DNA of 64,000 nucleotides from Escherichia coli (GTDB taxonomy: Bacteria > Pseudomonadota > Gammaproteobacteria > Enterobacterales > Enterobacteriaceae), in NCBI RefSeq assembly GCF_016903815.1, contig NZ_CP069973.1. One strand, written 5' to 3'. The position numbers and the translations under genes are program-made. The notes beneath the pieces are model-generated. The model was not told the DNA's origin and did not search any database. It saw nothing but the letters and a program-made list of their open reading frames with translations. This document shows positions 1-11,392 of this stretch, one piece after another. Numbering within the stretch: the first letter of the stretch is position 1; every line of letters starts with the position of its first letter.

Positions 1-810
1 GGTTTTTACTGCGGGCTGGCGCTGTTTCTCATCATCACGCTGTTTCCATTTTTTGTGATGCTGATGACCTCGTTCAAGGGCGCGAAAGAGGCGATCTCAC
101 TGCATCCTACGCTGCTGCCGCAGCAGTGGACGCTGGAGCATTACGTCGACATTTTTAACCCGATGATTTTCCCGTTTGTCGACTACTTCCGTAACAGTCT
201 GGTGGTGTCGGTGGTTTCATCCGTGGTGGCGGTATTCCTCGGCATTCTTGGGGCTTACGCGCTTTCCCGCCTGCGCTTTAAAGGTCGGATGACCATCAAT
301 GCCAGCTTTTACACGGTGTATATGTTCTCTGGCATTTTGCTGGTGGTGCCGCTGTTCAAAATCATCACCGCGCTGGGCATTTACGACACCGAGATGGCGC
401 TGATCATCACCATGGTGACGCAAACTCTGCCCACCGCCGTGTTTATGCTGAAAAGCTACTTCGACACCATCCCCGATGAGATCGAAGAAGCGGCGATGAT
501 GGATGGCCTCAACCGTCTGCAAATTATCTTCCGCATCACCGTGCCGTTGGCGATGTCCGGGCTGATATCCGTGTTCGTCTACTGCTTTATGGTGGCGTGG
601 AACGACTATCTGTTTGCGTCGATTTTCCTCTCCAGCGCCAGCAATTTCACCTTACCGGTGGGCCTGAACGCGCTGTTCAGTACGCCAGATTACATCTGGG
701 GACGGATGATGGCGGCCTCACTGGTGACCGCATTGCCGGTGGTGATTATGTATGCGCTTTCGGAACGTTTTATTAAGAGTGGTTTGACCGCCGGTGGCGT
801 GAAGGGCTAA
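1..810 (+). CDS. ycjP: Sugar ABC transporter permease, 5' end cut by the window edge
   Basis: Frame 1 is open from base 1 (GFYCGLALFLIITLFPFF..) into listed ORF 55..810. It is a polytopic membrane protein with a MalG-type EAA loop (IEEAAMMDGLNRLQIIFRITVP). Gene order matches the E. coli ycjM-V operon. Confidence 0.92.
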   Translation, partial: GFYCGLALFLIITLFPFFVMLMTSFKGAKEAISLHPTLLPQQWTLEHYVDIFNPMIFPFVDYFRNSLVVSVVSSVVAVFLGILGAYALSRLRFKGRMTINASFYTVYMFSGILLVVPLFKIITALGIYDTEMALIITMVTQTLPTAVFMLKSYFDTIPDEIEEAAMMDGLNRLQIIFRITVPLAMSGLISVFVYCFMVAWNDYLFASIFLSSASNFTLPVGLNALFSTPDYIWGRMMAASLVTALPVVIMYALSERFIKSGLTAGGVKG

Positions 811-840
811 AGCGGCCAGTTTCTTTACAAGGAGTTTTAA

Positions 841-1893
841 ATGAAAAAGTTAGTAGCCACAGCACCGCGTGTTGCTGCGCTGGTTGAGTATGAAGATCGG
901 GCGATTTTAGCCAATGAAGTGAAAATCCGCGTGCGTTTCGGCGCACCGAAACACGGAACGGAAGTGGTCGACTTCCGCGCCGCCAGCCCGTTTATCGATG
1001 AAGACTTTAACGGCGAATGGCAGATGTTCACTCCGCGTCCGGCAGATGCGCCGCGCGGCATTGAGTTTGGCAAATTCCAGCTTGGCAACATGGTGGTTGG
1101 CGACATTATCGAGTGCGGCAGCGACGTTACCGACTACGCGGTGGGCGACAGCGTATGCGGCTACGGCCCGCTCTCCGAGACGGTCATCATTAACGCGGTG
1201 AATAACTACAAGCTGCGCAAAATGCCGGAAGGCAGCTCGTGGAAAAACGCCGTTTGTTACGACCCGGCGCAGTTTGCCATGAGCGGCGTGCGCGATGCCA
1301 ACGTGCGCGTGGGTGATTTTGTGGTGGTGGTAGGGCTTGGCGCGATTGGTCAAATAGCCATCCAACTGGCGAAACGCGCTGGCGCGTCGGTGGTGATTGG
1401 CGTCGATCCTATCGCCTATCGCTGTGATATTGCCCGTCGCCACGGCGCGGATTTCTGCCTTAACCCCATTGGCACTGACGTAGGCAAAGAGATCAAAACG
1501 CTAACCGGCAAGCAGGGTGCCGATGTGATTATCGAAACCAGCGGCTATGCCGACGCGCTGCAATCGGCGCTACGAGGTCTGGCTTATGGCGGCACCATCT
1601 CCTATGTCGCGTTTGCCAAACCGTTTGCCGAAGGTTTTAACCTCGGACGCGAAGCGCATTTCAATAACGCAAAAATTGTCTTCTCCCGCGCGTGCAGCGA
1701 ACCGAACCCGGATTATCCGCGCTGGAGCCGCAAGCGTATCGAAGAAACCTGCTGGGAACTGCTGATGAACGGTTATCTCAATTGCGAAGATTTAATCGAC
1801 CCGGTGGTGACCTTTGCCAATAGCCCGGAAAGCTACATGCAGTATGTCGACCAGCATCCGGAACTGAGCATCAAAATGGGCGTCACGTTTTAA
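841..1893 (+). CDS. ycjQ: Zn-dependent medium-chain sugar dehydrogenase (reported as D-guloside 3-dehydrogenase)
   Basis: 350-aa ORF with an SD (aaggag) 8 nt upstream. It has a Rossmann motif (VVVGLGAIGQ). The sequence is recognised as E. coli YcjQ. Confidence 0.93.
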   Translation: MKKLVATAPRVAALVEYEDRAILANEVKIRVRFGAPKHGTEVVDFRAASPFIDEDFNGEWQMFTPRPADAPRGIEFGKFQLGNMVVGDIIECGSDVTDYAVGDSVCGYGPLSETVIINAVNNYKLRKMPEGSSWKNAVCYDPAQFAMSGVRDANVRVGDFVVVVGLGAIGQIAIQLAKRAGASVVIGVDPIAYRCDIARRHGADFCLNPIGTDVGKEIKTLTGKQGADVIIETSGYADALQSALRGLAYGGTISYVAFAKPFAEGFNLGREAHFNNAKIVFSRACSEPNPDYPRWSRKRIEETCWELLMNGYLNCEDLIDPVVTFANSPESYMQYVDQHPELSIKMGVTF

Positions 1894-1911
1894 TTCAAAG
1901 GAATGAAAAAA

Positions 1912-2700
1912 ATGAAAATCGGCACACAGAATCAGGCGTTCTTTCCGGAAAATATTCTGGAGAAATTTCGTTATATCAAAGAGATGGGCTTCGATGGTTT
2001 TGAGATTGACGGCAAACTTCTGGTCAACAACATCGAAGAAGTCAAAGCGGCGATCAAAGAAACCGGTTTACCGGTGACCACCGCCTGCGGCGGCTATGAC
2101 GGCTGGATTGGCGACTTTATCGAAGAGCGTCGTCTTAATGGCTTAAAGCAGATCGAACGCATTCTTGAAGCGCTGGCCGAAGTGGGCGGTAAAGGTATCG
2201 TCGTTCCGGCAGCGTGGGGCATGTTTACCTTCCGTTTACCGCCGATGGCCTCGCCGCGCAGCCTGGATGGCGACCGCAAAATGGTGAGTGATTCCCTGCG
2301 CGTACTGGAACAGGTGGCAGCGCGTACCGGAACCGTGGTGTACCTCGAACCGTTAAACCGCTATCAGGATCACATGATCAACACCCTCGCCGATGCTCGT
2401 CGTTACATCGTCGAAAACGATCTTAAACATGTACAGATTATCGGCGATTTCTATCACATGAATATCGAAGAAGATAACCTGGCGCAGGCGCTGCATGACA
2501 ACCGCGACCTGCTCGGTCATGTGCATATTGCAGATAACCATCGCTACCAGCCGGGCAGCGGCACCCTGGATTTCCACGCGCTGTTTGAACAGCTGCGCGC
2601 GGATAACTATCAGGGCTATGTGGTGTACGAAGGGCGTATCCGGGCAGAAGATCCTGCCCAGGCGTACCGTGATTCTTTGGCCTGGTTGCGTACCTGCTAA
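1912..2700 (+). CDS. ycjR: Sugar isomerase/epimerase, TIM-barrel (3-keto-D-guloside epimerase)
   Basis: The ORF is 1903..2700. I use the internal ATG giving MKIGTQNQ (262 aa), as I recall for K-12 YcjR. The 1903 start is also possible. Confidence 0.9.
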   Translation: MKIGTQNQAFFPENILEKFRYIKEMGFDGFEIDGKLLVNNIEEVKAAIKETGLPVTTACGGYDGWIGDFIEERRLNGLKQIERILEALAEVGGKGIVVPAAWGMFTFRLPPMASPRSLDGDRKMVSDSLRVLEQVAARTGTVVYLEPLNRYQDHMINTLADARRYIVENDLKHVQIIGDFYHMNIEEDNLAQALHDNRDLLGHVHIADNHRYQPGSGTLDFHALFEQLRADNYQGYVVYEGRIRAEDPAQAYRDSLAWLRTC

Positions 2701-2709
2701 GAGGTCTTT

Positions 2710-3765
2710 GTGAAAAGTGCAATGACAAGCTCTCCGCTGCGGGTCGCGATCATAGGCGCGGGCCAGGTGGCGGATAAGGTTCATGCTTCGTACTACTGCA
2801 CCCGCAACGATCTGGAACTGGTGGCTGTCTGTGACAGCCGCCTTTCCCAGGCGCAGGCGCTGGCAGAAAAATACGGGAATGCATCCGTGTGGGACGATCC
2901 GCAGGCCATGCTGCTGGCGGTGAAACCTGATGTGGTTAGCGTCTGCTCACCTAACCGTTTTCATTACGAACATACCCTGATGGCGCTGGAAGCGGGCTGC
3001 CATGTGATGTGCGAAAAACCGCCCGCCATGACGCCAGAACAGGCGCGGGAAATGTGCGATACCGCGCGCAAACAGGGCAAGGTGCTGGCCTACGACTTTC
3101 ACCATCGTTTTGCGCTCGATACGCAACAGCTGCGTGAACAGGTGACCAACGGCGTTTTGGGAGAGATTTACGTTACCACCGCCCGCGCCCTGCGTCGTTG
3201 CGGTGTTCCCGGCTGGGGTGTCTTTACCAATAAAGAATTGCAGGGCGGTGGCCCGCTGATCGACATCGGCATTCATATGCTGGATGCGGCGATGTATGTG
3301 CTGGGTTTTCCAGCGGTGAAAAGCGTGACTGCGCATAGCTTTCAAAAGATCGGCACGCAAAAGAGCTGCGGTCAATTTGGCGAGTGGGACCCGGCAACTT
3401 ACAGCGTCGAAGATTCGCTGTTTGGCACCATTGAATTTCATAACGGCGGCATTCTGTGGCTGGAAACGTCATTTGCACTCAACATCCGCGAACAGTCGAT
3501 TATGAACGTCAGCTTTTGTGGCGATAAAGCAGGGGCGACGCTGTTTCCGGCGCATATCTATACCGATAACAACGGTGAGTTAATGACGCTGATGCAACGG
3601 GAAATGGCAGACGACAACCGCCATTTGCGCAGTATGGAAGCCTTTATCAATCACGTACAGGGCAAGCCCGTGATGATAGCCGACGCCGAGCAGGGGTACA
3701 TCATCCAGCAACTGGTGGCGGCGTTGTATCAATCCGCAGAAACAGGGACGCGTGTGGAATTATGA
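2710..3765 (+). CDS. ycjS: Gfo/Idh/MocA-family oxidoreductase (D-glucoside 3-dehydrogenase)
   Basis: 351 aa with a GTG start. The N-terminal Rossmann motif is VAIIGAGQVA. The sequence is recognised as YcjS. Confidence 0.92.
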   Translation: MKSAMTSSPLRVAIIGAGQVADKVHASYYCTRNDLELVAVCDSRLSQAQALAEKYGNASVWDDPQAMLLAVKPDVVSVCSPNRFHYEHTLMALEAGCHVMCEKPPAMTPEQAREMCDTARKQGKVLAYDFHHRFALDTQQLREQVTNGVLGEIYVTTARALRRCGVPGWGVFTNKELQGGGPLIDIGIHMLDAAMYVLGFPAVKSVTAHSFQKIGTQKSCGQFGEWDPATYSVEDSLFGTIEFHNGGILWLETSFALNIREQSIMNVSFCGDKAGATLFPAHIYTDNNGELMTLMQREMADDNRHLRSMEAFINHVQGKPVMIADAEQGYIIQQLVAALYQSAETGTRVEL

Positions 3766-6029
3766 CCAGGCCAGTAACGTTATCAGAACCCCATTTCAGC
3801 CAGCATACACTGAACAAATATGCTTCACTGATGGCGCAGGGGAACGGCTATCTTGGGCTTCGCGCCAGCCATGAAGAAGATTACACGCGCCAGACCCGTG
3901 GGATGTATCTGGCGGGGCTGTATCATCGGGCGGGTAAGGGTGAAATCAACGAACTGGTGAACCTGCCTGATGTCGTGGGGATGGAGATTGCCATAAATGG
4001 TGAGGTTTTTGCGTTATCCCGCGAAACATGGCAGCGTGAGCTTGACTTTGCCAGTGGCGAATTACGCCGCAACGTTGTCTGGTGTACCAGTAACGGCGCG
4101 CGTTACACAATCGTCAGCCGTCGCTTTGTTTCGGCAGACCAACTGCCGCTGATTGCGCTGGAAATCACTATTACTCCGCTGGACGCTGACGCGTCAGTGC
4201 TGATTTCAACAGGCATTGACGCCACGCAAACCAACCACGGACGACAACATCTCGACGAAACCCAGGTGCGGGTGTTTGGTCAGCATTTGATGCAGGGGAT
4301 CTATACCACTCAGGATGGACGCAGTGATGTGGCCATCAGCTGTTGCTGTAAGGTGAGCGGTGATGTGCAGCAATGCTATACCGCCAAAGAGCGCCGCTTG
4401 CTGCAACATACCAGTGCGCAACTTCACGCAGGCGAAACGCTGACGCTGCAAAAACTGGTGTGGTTCGACTGGCGGGACGACAGACACGTCGCTTTAGACG
4501 AGTGGGGCAGTGCATCGCTTCGTCAGCTTGAAATGTGTGTACAGCAGAGTTACGACCAACTTCTTGCAGCATCCACAGAAAACTGGCGTCAATGGTGGCA
4601 GAAACGTCGTATCACGGTAAAGAGTAACGATGAGCACAATCAGCAGGCGTTAGATTATGCGCTTTATCATCTGCGCATCATGACGCCTGCTCACGACGAG
4701 CGCAGCAGTATTGCGGCAAAAGGTTTGACCGGGGAAGGCTACAAAGGCCACGTTTTCTGGGATACAGAAGTATTTTTGCTACCGTTTCATCTGTTTAGCG
4801 ATCCGACGGTTGCCCGAAGTTTACTGCGTTATCGCTGGCACAACTTGCCAGGCGCGCAGGAGAAAGCGCGACGCAACGGCTGGCAGGGCGCGCTATTTCC
4901 GTGGGAAAGCGCGCGCAGCGGCGAAGAAGAGACGCCGGAATTTGCCGCCATTAACATTCGCACCGGGCTGCGGCAAAAAGTGGCCTCGGCGCAGGCGGAA
5001 CATCATCTGGTCGCCGATATCGCCTGGGCGGTTGTTCAATACTGGCAGACCACGGGGGATGAAAGTTTCATTGCTCATGAAGGCATGGCGCTACTTCTGG
5101 AAACTGCAAAGTTCTGGATTAGCCGCACGGTGAGGGTTAACGACCGTCTGGAAATTCATGATGTTATTGGGCCAGACGAATATACCGAACATGTCAATAA
5201 TAACGCCTTCACCAGCTATATGGCGTATTACAACGTCCAGCAGGCGCTGAACATCGCTCGTCAATTTGGCTGTAGCGACGATGCGTTTATCCATCGCGCC
5301 GAAATGTTCCTTAAAGAACTGCGGCTGCCAGAAATTCAGCCCGACGGCGTTTTGCCGCAGGATGATTCGTTTATGGCGAAACCAGCGATTAATCTGGCGA
5401 AATACAAAGCGGCGGCGGGGAAGCAAACCATTCTGCTGGATTATTCACGCGCAGAAGTGAACGAGATGCAGATCCTCAAACAAGCTGATGTGGTGATGCT
5501 CAATTACATGCTGCCGGAGCAGTACTCAGCGGCATCGTGTCTTGCCAATCTGCAATTTTATGAACCGCGCACCATTTACGACTCTTCACTGAGTAAAGCG
5601 ATCCACGACATTGTTGCCGCACGCTGTGGCCTGTTGGCGCAAAGTTATCAGTTCTGGCGGGAGGGGACTGAAATCGATCTCGGTGCTGACCCGCATAGCT
5701 GCGACGACGGTATCCATGCTGCCGCAACTGGCGCTATCTGGCTGGGGGCGATTCAGGGTTTTGCCGGGGTGAGCGTGCGTGACGGTGAATTAAATTTGAA
5801 TCCGGCGTTACCTGTGCAGTGGCAACAGTTGTCTTTCCCTCTGTTCTGGCAGGGCTGCGAATTACAGGTCACTCTCGACGCGCAGCGTATTGCGATTCGA
5901 ACTTCTGCGCCCGTTTCACTGCGTTTGAACGGGCAGCTTATATCTGTGGCTGAAGAATCTGTTTTCTGTTTGGGTGATTTTATTTTGCCCTTCAATGGGA
6001 CCGCTACCACGCATCAGGAGGATGAATGA
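3762..6029 (+). CDS. ycjT: GH65 kojibiose phosphorylase
   Basis: 755 aa, with a 4-nt overlap (ATGA) onto the ycjS stop. GH65-like sequence recognised as YcjT. Confidence 0.93.
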   Translation: MTRPVTLSEPHFSQHTLNKYASLMAQGNGYLGLRASHEEDYTRQTRGMYLAGLYHRAGKGEINELVNLPDVVGMEIAINGEVFALSRETWQRELDFASGELRRNVVWCTSNGARYTIVSRRFVSADQLPLIALEITITPLDADASVLISTGIDATQTNHGRQHLDETQVRVFGQHLMQGIYTTQDGRSDVAISCCCKVSGDVQQCYTAKERRLLQHTSAQLHAGETLTLQKLVWFDWRDDRHVALDEWGSASLRQLEMCVQQSYDQLLAASTENWRQWWQKRRITVKSNDEHNQQALDYALYHLRIMTPAHDERSSIAAKGLTGEGYKGHVFWDTEVFLLPFHLFSDPTVARSLLRYRWHNLPGAQEKARRNGWQGALFPWESARSGEEETPEFAAINIRTGLRQKVASAQAEHHLVADIAWAVVQYWQTTGDESFIAHEGMALLLETAKFWISRTVRVNDRLEIHDVIGPDEYTEHVNNNAFTSYMAYYNVQQALNIARQFGCSDDAFIHRAEMFLKELRLPEIQPDGVLPQDDSFMAKPAINLAKYKAAAGKQTILLDYSRAEVNEMQILKQADVVMLNYMLPEQYSAASCLANLQFYEPRTIYDSSLSKAIHDIVAARCGLLAQSYQFWREGTEIDLGADPHSCDDGIHAAATGAIWLGAIQGFAGVSVRDGELNLNPALPVQWQQLSFPLFWQGCELQVTLDAQRIAIRTSAPVSLRLNGQLISVAEESVFCLGDFILPFNGTATTHQEDE

Positions 6030-6685
6030 AACTGCAAGGGGTAATTTTCGATCTGGATGGTGTAATCACCGATACCGCGCATCTGCATTTCAAGGCGTGG
6101 CAGCAGATTGCCGCTGAAATTGGCATCAGCATTGATGCGCAGTTTAACGAATCCCTAAAAGGGATCAGCCGCGATGAGTCTCTGCGACGCATTCTGCAAC
6201 ACGGGGGCAAAGAGGGCGACTTTAACCCGCAGGAAAGGGCGCAACTGGCGTATCGCAAAAATCTGCTCTACGTCCACTCACTGCGCGAACTGACGGTTAA
6301 TGCTGTGCTGCCCGGCATTCGCTCTTTGCTGACAGATCTCTGCGCACAGCAGATCCCTATAGGGCTGGCTTCTGTCTCCCTGAATGCGCCGACGATTTTA
6401 GCAGCGCTGGAGCTGCGCGAGTTTTTCACCTTCTGCGCGGACGCTTCCCAACTTAAAAACTCGAAACCGGACCCGGAAATCTTTCTCGCCGCCTGTGCCG
6501 GACTGGGCGTGCCGCCGCAGGCATGTATCGGTATTGAAGATGCGCAGGCGGGCATTGACGCCATTAACGCCAGCGGTATGCGCTCGGTGGGGATCGGCGC
6601 GGGCTTAACCGGGGCGCAATTATTGTTGCCCTCAACGGACTCCCTGACCTGGCCGCGGTTATCGGCCTTCTGGCAAAACGTATAG
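6026..6685 (+). CDS. ycjU: Beta-phosphoglucomutase (HAD superfamily)
   Basis: 219 aa with the HAD motif [11 protein letters not shown]. Translationally coupled to ycjT by an ATGA overlap. Confidence 0.93.
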   Translation: MKLQGVIFDLDGVITDTAHLHFKAWQQIAAEIGISIDAQFNESLKGISRDESLRRILQHGGKEGDFNPQERAQLAYRKNLLYVHSLRELTVNAVLPGIRSLLTDLCAQQIPIGLASVSLNAPTILAALELREFFTFCADASQLKNSKPDPEIFLAACAGLGVPPQACIGIEDAQAGIDAINASGMRSVGIGAGLTGAQLLLPSTDSLTWPRLSAFWQNV

Positions 6686-6698
6686 CAAAGGAATCAAC

Positions 6699-7781
6699 AT
6701 GGCTCAGCTTTCGTTACAACATATTCAAAAAATCTACGATAACCAGGTGCATGTGGTGAAGGACTTCAACCTGGAAATTGCCGATAAAGAGTTCATTGTC
6801 TTTGTCGGTCCGTCAGGCTGCGGTAAATCGACCACCCTGCGCATGATTGCCGGGCTTGAGGAGATCAGCGGCGGCGATCTGTTGATCGACGGCAAACGAA
6901 TGAATGACGTTCCAGCCAAAGCGCGCAATATTGCGATGGTGTTCCAGAACTACGCGCTGTATCCGCATATGACGGTCTACGACAACATGGCGTTTGGCCT
7001 GAAGATGCAAAAAATCGCCAAAGAGGTGATTGATGAGCGGGTGAACTGGGCGGCGCAAATTCTCGGCCTGCGTGAGTACCTGAAACGCAAGCCGGGGGCT
7101 CTTTCTGGCGGGCAACGCCAGCGTGTGGCGCTCGGGCGGGCGATTGTGCGTGAAGCGGGCGTGTTTTTAATGGATGAACCGCTCTCTAACCTTGATGCCA
7201 AGCTGCGCGTACAAATGCGCGCAGAGATCAGCAAGCTGCATCAGAAACTGAACACCACCATGATCTACGTGACCCACGATCAGACCGAAGCGATGACCAT
7301 GGCGACGCGGATTGTGATTATGAAGGATGGGATTGTTCAGCAAGTAGGTGCGCCGAAAACGGTTTATAACCAACCCGCGAATATGTTTGTTGCCGGATTT
7401 ATTGGATCACCGGCGATGAATTTTATTCGCGGCACGATCGATGGCGATAAATTCGTTACTGAAACGCTTAAATTAACCATTCCCGAAGAGAAATTAGCGG
7501 TTCTGAAAACACAGGAAAGTTTGCATAAGCCCATCGTGATGGGAATACGCCCGGAAGATATTCATCCGGACGCGCAAGAGGAAAATAACATTTCCGCCAA
7601 AATTAGCGTGGCAGAATTAACCGGTGCGGAATTTATGCTCTACACCACGGTTGGGGGGCACGAGTTAGTGGTCCGTGCTGGTGCGTTAAATGATTATCAT
7701 GCAGGAGAAAATATCACTATTCATTTTGATATGACTAAATGTCATTTCTTTGATGCAGAAACGGAAATAGCAATTCGCTAA
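6699..7781 (+). CDS. ycjV: ABC transporter ATP-binding protein (MalK-like), intact
   Basis: 360 aa with Walker A GPSGCGKST, signature LSGGQRQR and Walker B FLMDEP, plus a MalK-type C-terminal domain. Uninterrupted here. Confidence 0.92.
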   Translation: MAQLSLQHIQKIYDNQVHVVKDFNLEIADKEFIVFVGPSGCGKSTTLRMIAGLEEISGGDLLIDGKRMNDVPAKARNIAMVFQNYALYPHMTVYDNMAFGLKMQKIAKEVIDERVNWAAQILGLREYLKRKPGALSGGQRQRVALGRAIVREAGVFLMDEPLSNLDAKLRVQMRAEISKLHQKLNTTMIYVTHDQTEAMTMATRIVIMKDGIVQQVGAPKTVYNQPANMFVAGFIGSPAMNFIRGTIDGDKFVTETLKLTIPEEKLAVLKTQESLHKPIVMGIRPEDIHPDAQEENNISAKISVAELTGAEFMLYTTVGGHELVVRAGALNDYHAGENITIHFDMTKCHFFDAETEIAIR

Positions 7782-7825
7782 ATACAGGGGGAAGGCATTC
7801 CCCCAGGATAATACAAGGAACAATA

Positions 7826-8731
7826 ATGAAAAAGTTATTACCCTGTACCGCACTGGTGATGTGTGCGGGAATGGCCTGCGCACAGGCCGAGGAAAAGAAC
7901 GACTGGCACTTTAATATCGGCGCGATGTACGAAATAGAAAACGTCGAGGGTTATGGCGAAGATATGGATGGGCTCGCGGAGCCTTCTGTCTATTTTAATG
8001 CCGCCAACGGGCCGTGGAGAATTTCTCTGGCTTATTATCAGGAAGGGCCGGTAGATTATAGCGCGGGTAAACGTGGAACATGGTTTGATCGCCCGGAGCT
8101 GGAGGTGCATTATCAGTTCCTCGAAAGCGATGATTTCAGTTTCGGCCTGACCGGCGGTTTTCGTAATTATGGTTATCACTACGTTGATGAACCGGGTAAA
8201 GACACGGCGAATATGCAGCGCTGGAAAATCGCGCCAGACTGGGATGTGAAACTGACTGACGATTTACGTTTCAACGGTTGGTTATCGATGTATAAATTTG
8301 CCAACGATCTGAACACGACCGGTTACGCTGATACCCGAGTCGAAACGGAAACAGGTCTGCAATATACCTTCAACGAAACGGTTGCTTTGCGAGTGAACTA
8401 TTATCTCGAGCGCGGCTTCAATATGGACGACAGCCGCAATAACGGTGAGTTTTCCACGCAAGAAATTCGTGCCTATTTGCCGCTGACGCTCGGCAACCAC
8501 TCGGTGACGCCGTATACGCGCATTGGGCTGGATCGCTGGAGTAACTGGGACTGGCAGGATGATATTGAACGTGAAGGCCATGATTTTAACCGTGTGGGGT
8601 TATTTTACGGTTATGATTTCCAGAATGGTCTTTCCGTTTCGCTGGAATACGCGTTTGAGTGGCAGGATCACGACGAAGGCGACAGCGATAAATTCCATTA
8701 TGCAGGTGTCGGCGTAAATTACTCGTTCTGA
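7826..8731 (+). CDS. ompG: Outer-membrane porin OmpG
   Basis: 301 aa. It has a signal peptide (MKKLLPCTALVMCAGMACA) and a C-terminal aromatic residue (..GVNYSF). The sequence is recognised as OmpG. Confidence 0.95.
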   Translation: MKKLLPCTALVMCAGMACAQAEEKNDWHFNIGAMYEIENVEGYGEDMDGLAEPSVYFNAANGPWRISLAYYQEGPVDYSAGKRGTWFDRPELEVHYQFLESDDFSFGLTGGFRNYGYHYVDEPGKDTANMQRWKIAPDWDVKLTDDLRFNGWLSMYKFANDLNTTGYADTRVETETGLQYTFNETVALRVNYYLERGFNMDDSRNNGEFSTQEIRAYLPLTLGNHSVTPYTRIGLDRWSNWDWQDDIEREGHDFNRVGLFYGYDFQNGLSVSLEYAFEWQDHDEGDSDKFHYAGVGVNYSF

Positions 8732-8745
8732 TAATGGGTTAAATT

Positions 8746-8820
8746 GCCGGATGCGGCGCGAGTACTTTATCCGATCTATAAATGTAGGCCGGATAAGATG
8801 CGCTAGCATCGCATCCGGCA
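8746..8820. repeat. REP/BIME element (two inverted REP units)
   Basis: gccggatgcggcg...tatccg and gtaggccggataag...gcatccggca are the typical E. coli REP palindromes. They lie between convergent ompG and ycjW. Confidence 0.85.
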
Positions 8821-8841
8821 TTCAGGCAAGGTAGCTGGTAT

Positions 8842-9840
8842 TTATTTCAGCGTCATATGCGTGGCAACGGTAATATTCTGTGGTGACGGTTTTCCAGAAA
8901 TTAAGCGGAATAATAACTCGCAGCTTTGTTGCCCTAACTCCTGCGTCGGAACATCGATGCCGCCCGGTGCAGGCGTTAAAATAAATGACAGCGTTTCATT
9001 GCTATAACCCACCACCGCTAACTGCTGCGGAATAGCAATATTTTTCTCTGCTGCCGCACGATAAATGCTCATTAATTTCAGGCTGTCAGTGGCAAATACG
9101 GCTTCTGGCAACGGCGACTGGCTTAATAATTGCCGTGCGGCTTGCAAGGCTGTTTCATGGGTATAACCGCCGTCAACAATCCATTCATCACGCACTGCAA
9201 TATTATGCGCAGCCAGACTTTGCTTATAGCCATTAACGCGGTCAACCGAAACATGGACATCAAGCGGAGCATGCAGGCAGGCAATATTTTGATGCCCACT
9301 TTCAATTAACGCATCGGTCAACGCAATGCTGTCGCCAAAATTATCGGTATCGACAGAATAAACATGGGCATATTGACCTTCAACTTTGCCAATTACCACC
9401 ACCGGAATATCATATTTATCGAGTTGGGCAAAAAATGACTCATCCGCTGGCGAACTTAGCATAATAATGCCTTTAATCATTTTCTGCTTAATTTTGCTTT
9501 CGCATTTTTGTAAGTCTTCTGCCAGGTTGTGCGACGTCTGCAATATCACGTCGAAACCTTCTTCTTCAGCTTTGGCGGTGATGGCATGTAAAACTTCCGA
9601 GAAAAACGGATTACCCGCCGTAGTTTTGGTCGAACGGGTAGAAATCACCATAATGGCATCAAAACCCGAAGAGGTCAGCGCGCGTGCCAGCTTGTTTGGT
9701 TGATACTGTAATTCTTCAATGGCCCGTAACACTTTTTCGCGCGCTTCCGGGGAGATATTGGTTTGCTTATTCAGCACGCGTGATACGGTGGATTTTGATA
9801 CGCCTGCAACCCTGGCAATATCATAAATAGTAGGGGACAT
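8842..9840 (-). CDS. ycjW: LacI/GalR-family transcriptional repressor
   Basis: 332 aa. N-terminal HTH is [21 protein letters not shown], followed by a periplasmic-binding-protein-like sugar-binding core. Confidence 0.93.
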   Translation of the reverse strand: MSPTIYDIARVAGVSKSTVSRVLNKQTNISPEAREKVLRAIEELQYQPNKLARALTSSGFDAIMVISTRSTKTTAGNPFFSEVLHAITAKAEEEGFDVILQTSHNLAEDLQKCESKIKQKMIKGIIMLSSPADESFFAQLDKYDIPVVVIGKVEGQYAHVYSVDTDNFGDSIALTDALIESGHQNIACLHAPLDVHVSVDRVNGYKQSLAAHNIAVRDEWIVDGGYTHETALQAARQLLSQSPLPEAVFATDSLKLMSIYRAAAEKNIAIPQQLAVVGYSNETLSFILTPAPGGIDVPTQELGQQSCELLFRLISGKPSPQNITVATHMTLK

Positions 9841-9994
9841 AGGTCAGGAACTCCGTCCGAACGTGAATGTTGCACATCTTATGGAGTTCGCCCGTCGATG
9901 ACAACACGGGCAGTTGATAATCAATGGCCTGGCCCCCACATTCATATCCTTACGAATGATTTTTTTCTGGTCTTCAGAGCAGCACAGGACAGCA

Positions 9995-11392
9995 ATGAAG
10001 CGACTTAAAAATGAACTTAATGCGCTGGTGAATCGGGGTGTCGACAGACATCTGCGCCTCGCTGTAACCGGACTTAGCCGCAGCGGCAAAACAGCGTTTA
10101 TCACCGCGATGGTTAATCAGTTGCTCAATATTCATGCCGGAGCACGTTTGCCGCTTTTAAGTGCGGTGCGTGAAGAGCGCCTGCTGGGCGTAAAACGCAT
10201 TCCCCAGCGTGACTTTGGCATTCCGCGCTTCACCTATGATGAAGGGTTGGCGCAGTTATATGGCGATCCTCCCGCCTGGCCGACGCCTACGCGCGGCGTC
10301 AGTGAAATTCGCCTGGCGTTACGTTTTAAATCGAACGATTCGCTGCTACGCCACTTTAAGGACACCTCCACGCTGTATCTGGAAATTGTGGATTACCCCG
10401 GCGAATGGTTGCTCGACCTGCCGATGCTGGCGCAGGACTATTTAAGCTGGTCGCGCCAGATGACGGGCTTACTCAATGGTCAGCGCGGCGAATGGTCGGC
10501 GAAATGGCGAATGATGTGCGAAGGGCTGGACCCGCTAGCGCCTGCCGACGAAAACCGGCTGGCAGACATTGCCGCCGCCTGGACCGAGTATCTCCACCAC
10601 TGCAAACAGCAGGGGTTGCACTTTATTCAGCCTGGGCGCTTTGTCTTGCCGGGAGATATGGCAGGAGCACCCGCGCTGCAATTCTTCCCGTGGCCGGATG
10701 TCGATGCCTGGGGCGAGTCCAAACTGGCGCAGGCCGATAAGCATACCAATGCCGGAATGCTGCGCGAGCGGTTTAATTATTACTGCGAGAAAGTGGTGAA
10801 GGGGTTCTATAAGAATCATTTTCTGCGCTTTGACCGCCAGATTGTGCTGGTGGATTGCCTGCAGCCTCTCAACAGTGGGCCACAGGCATTTAATGATATG
10901 CGTCTGGCGCTGACGCAGCTGATGCAAAGTTTCCACTACGGGCAGCGAACCCTGTTCCGGCGTTTGTTTTCGCCGGTTATCGATAAGCTATTGTTTGCTG
11001 CTACTAAAGCAGACCATGTGACCATCGATCAGCACGCCAATATGGTTTCATTACTGCAACAACTAATTCAGGATGCCTGGCAAAATGCGGCGTTCGAAGG
11101 GATCAGCATGGATTGCCTGGGGCTGGCGTCAGTTCAGGCGACCACCAGCGGCATTATTGATGTTAACGGTGAGAAAATCCCGGCGCTGCGCGGTAATCGA
11201 CTCAGCGATGGCGCACCGCTCACTGTTTATCCTGGCGAAGTTCCCGCACGTTTGCCTGGTCAGGCGTTCTGGGATAAGCAAGGCTTCCAGTTTGAGGCGT
11301 TTCGTCCGCAGGTGATGGATGTCGACAAACCGCTGCCGCATATTCGTCTTGATGCTGCGCTGGAATTTTTAATAGGAGATAAATTGCGATGA
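9995..11392 (+). CDS. ycjX: P-loop NTPase YcjX (DUF463)
   Basis: The ORF is 9914..11392. Start is set at [12 protein letters not shown] (465 aa), as recalled for K-12. Walker A is GLSRSGKT. Confidence 0.9.
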   Translation: MKRLKNELNALVNRGVDRHLRLAVTGLSRSGKTAFITAMVNQLLNIHAGARLPLLSAVREERLLGVKRIPQRDFGIPRFTYDEGLAQLYGDPPAWPTPTRGVSEIRLALRFKSNDSLLRHFKDTSTLYLEIVDYPGEWLLDLPMLAQDYLSWSRQMTGLLNGQRGEWSAKWRMMCEGLDPLAPADENRLADIAAAWTEYLHHCKQQGLHFIQPGRFVLPGDMAGAPALQFFPWPDVDAWGESKLAQADKHTNAGMLRERFNYYCEKVVKGFYKNHFLRFDRQIVLVDCLQPLNSGPQAFNDMRLALTQLMQSFHYGQRTLFRRLFSPVIDKLLFAATKADHVTIDQHANMVSLLQQLIQDAWQNAAFEGISMDCLGLASVQATTSGIIDVNGEKIPALRGNRLSDGAPLTVYPGEVPARLPGQAFWDKQGFQFEAFRPQVMDVDKPLPHIRLDAALEFLIGDKLR

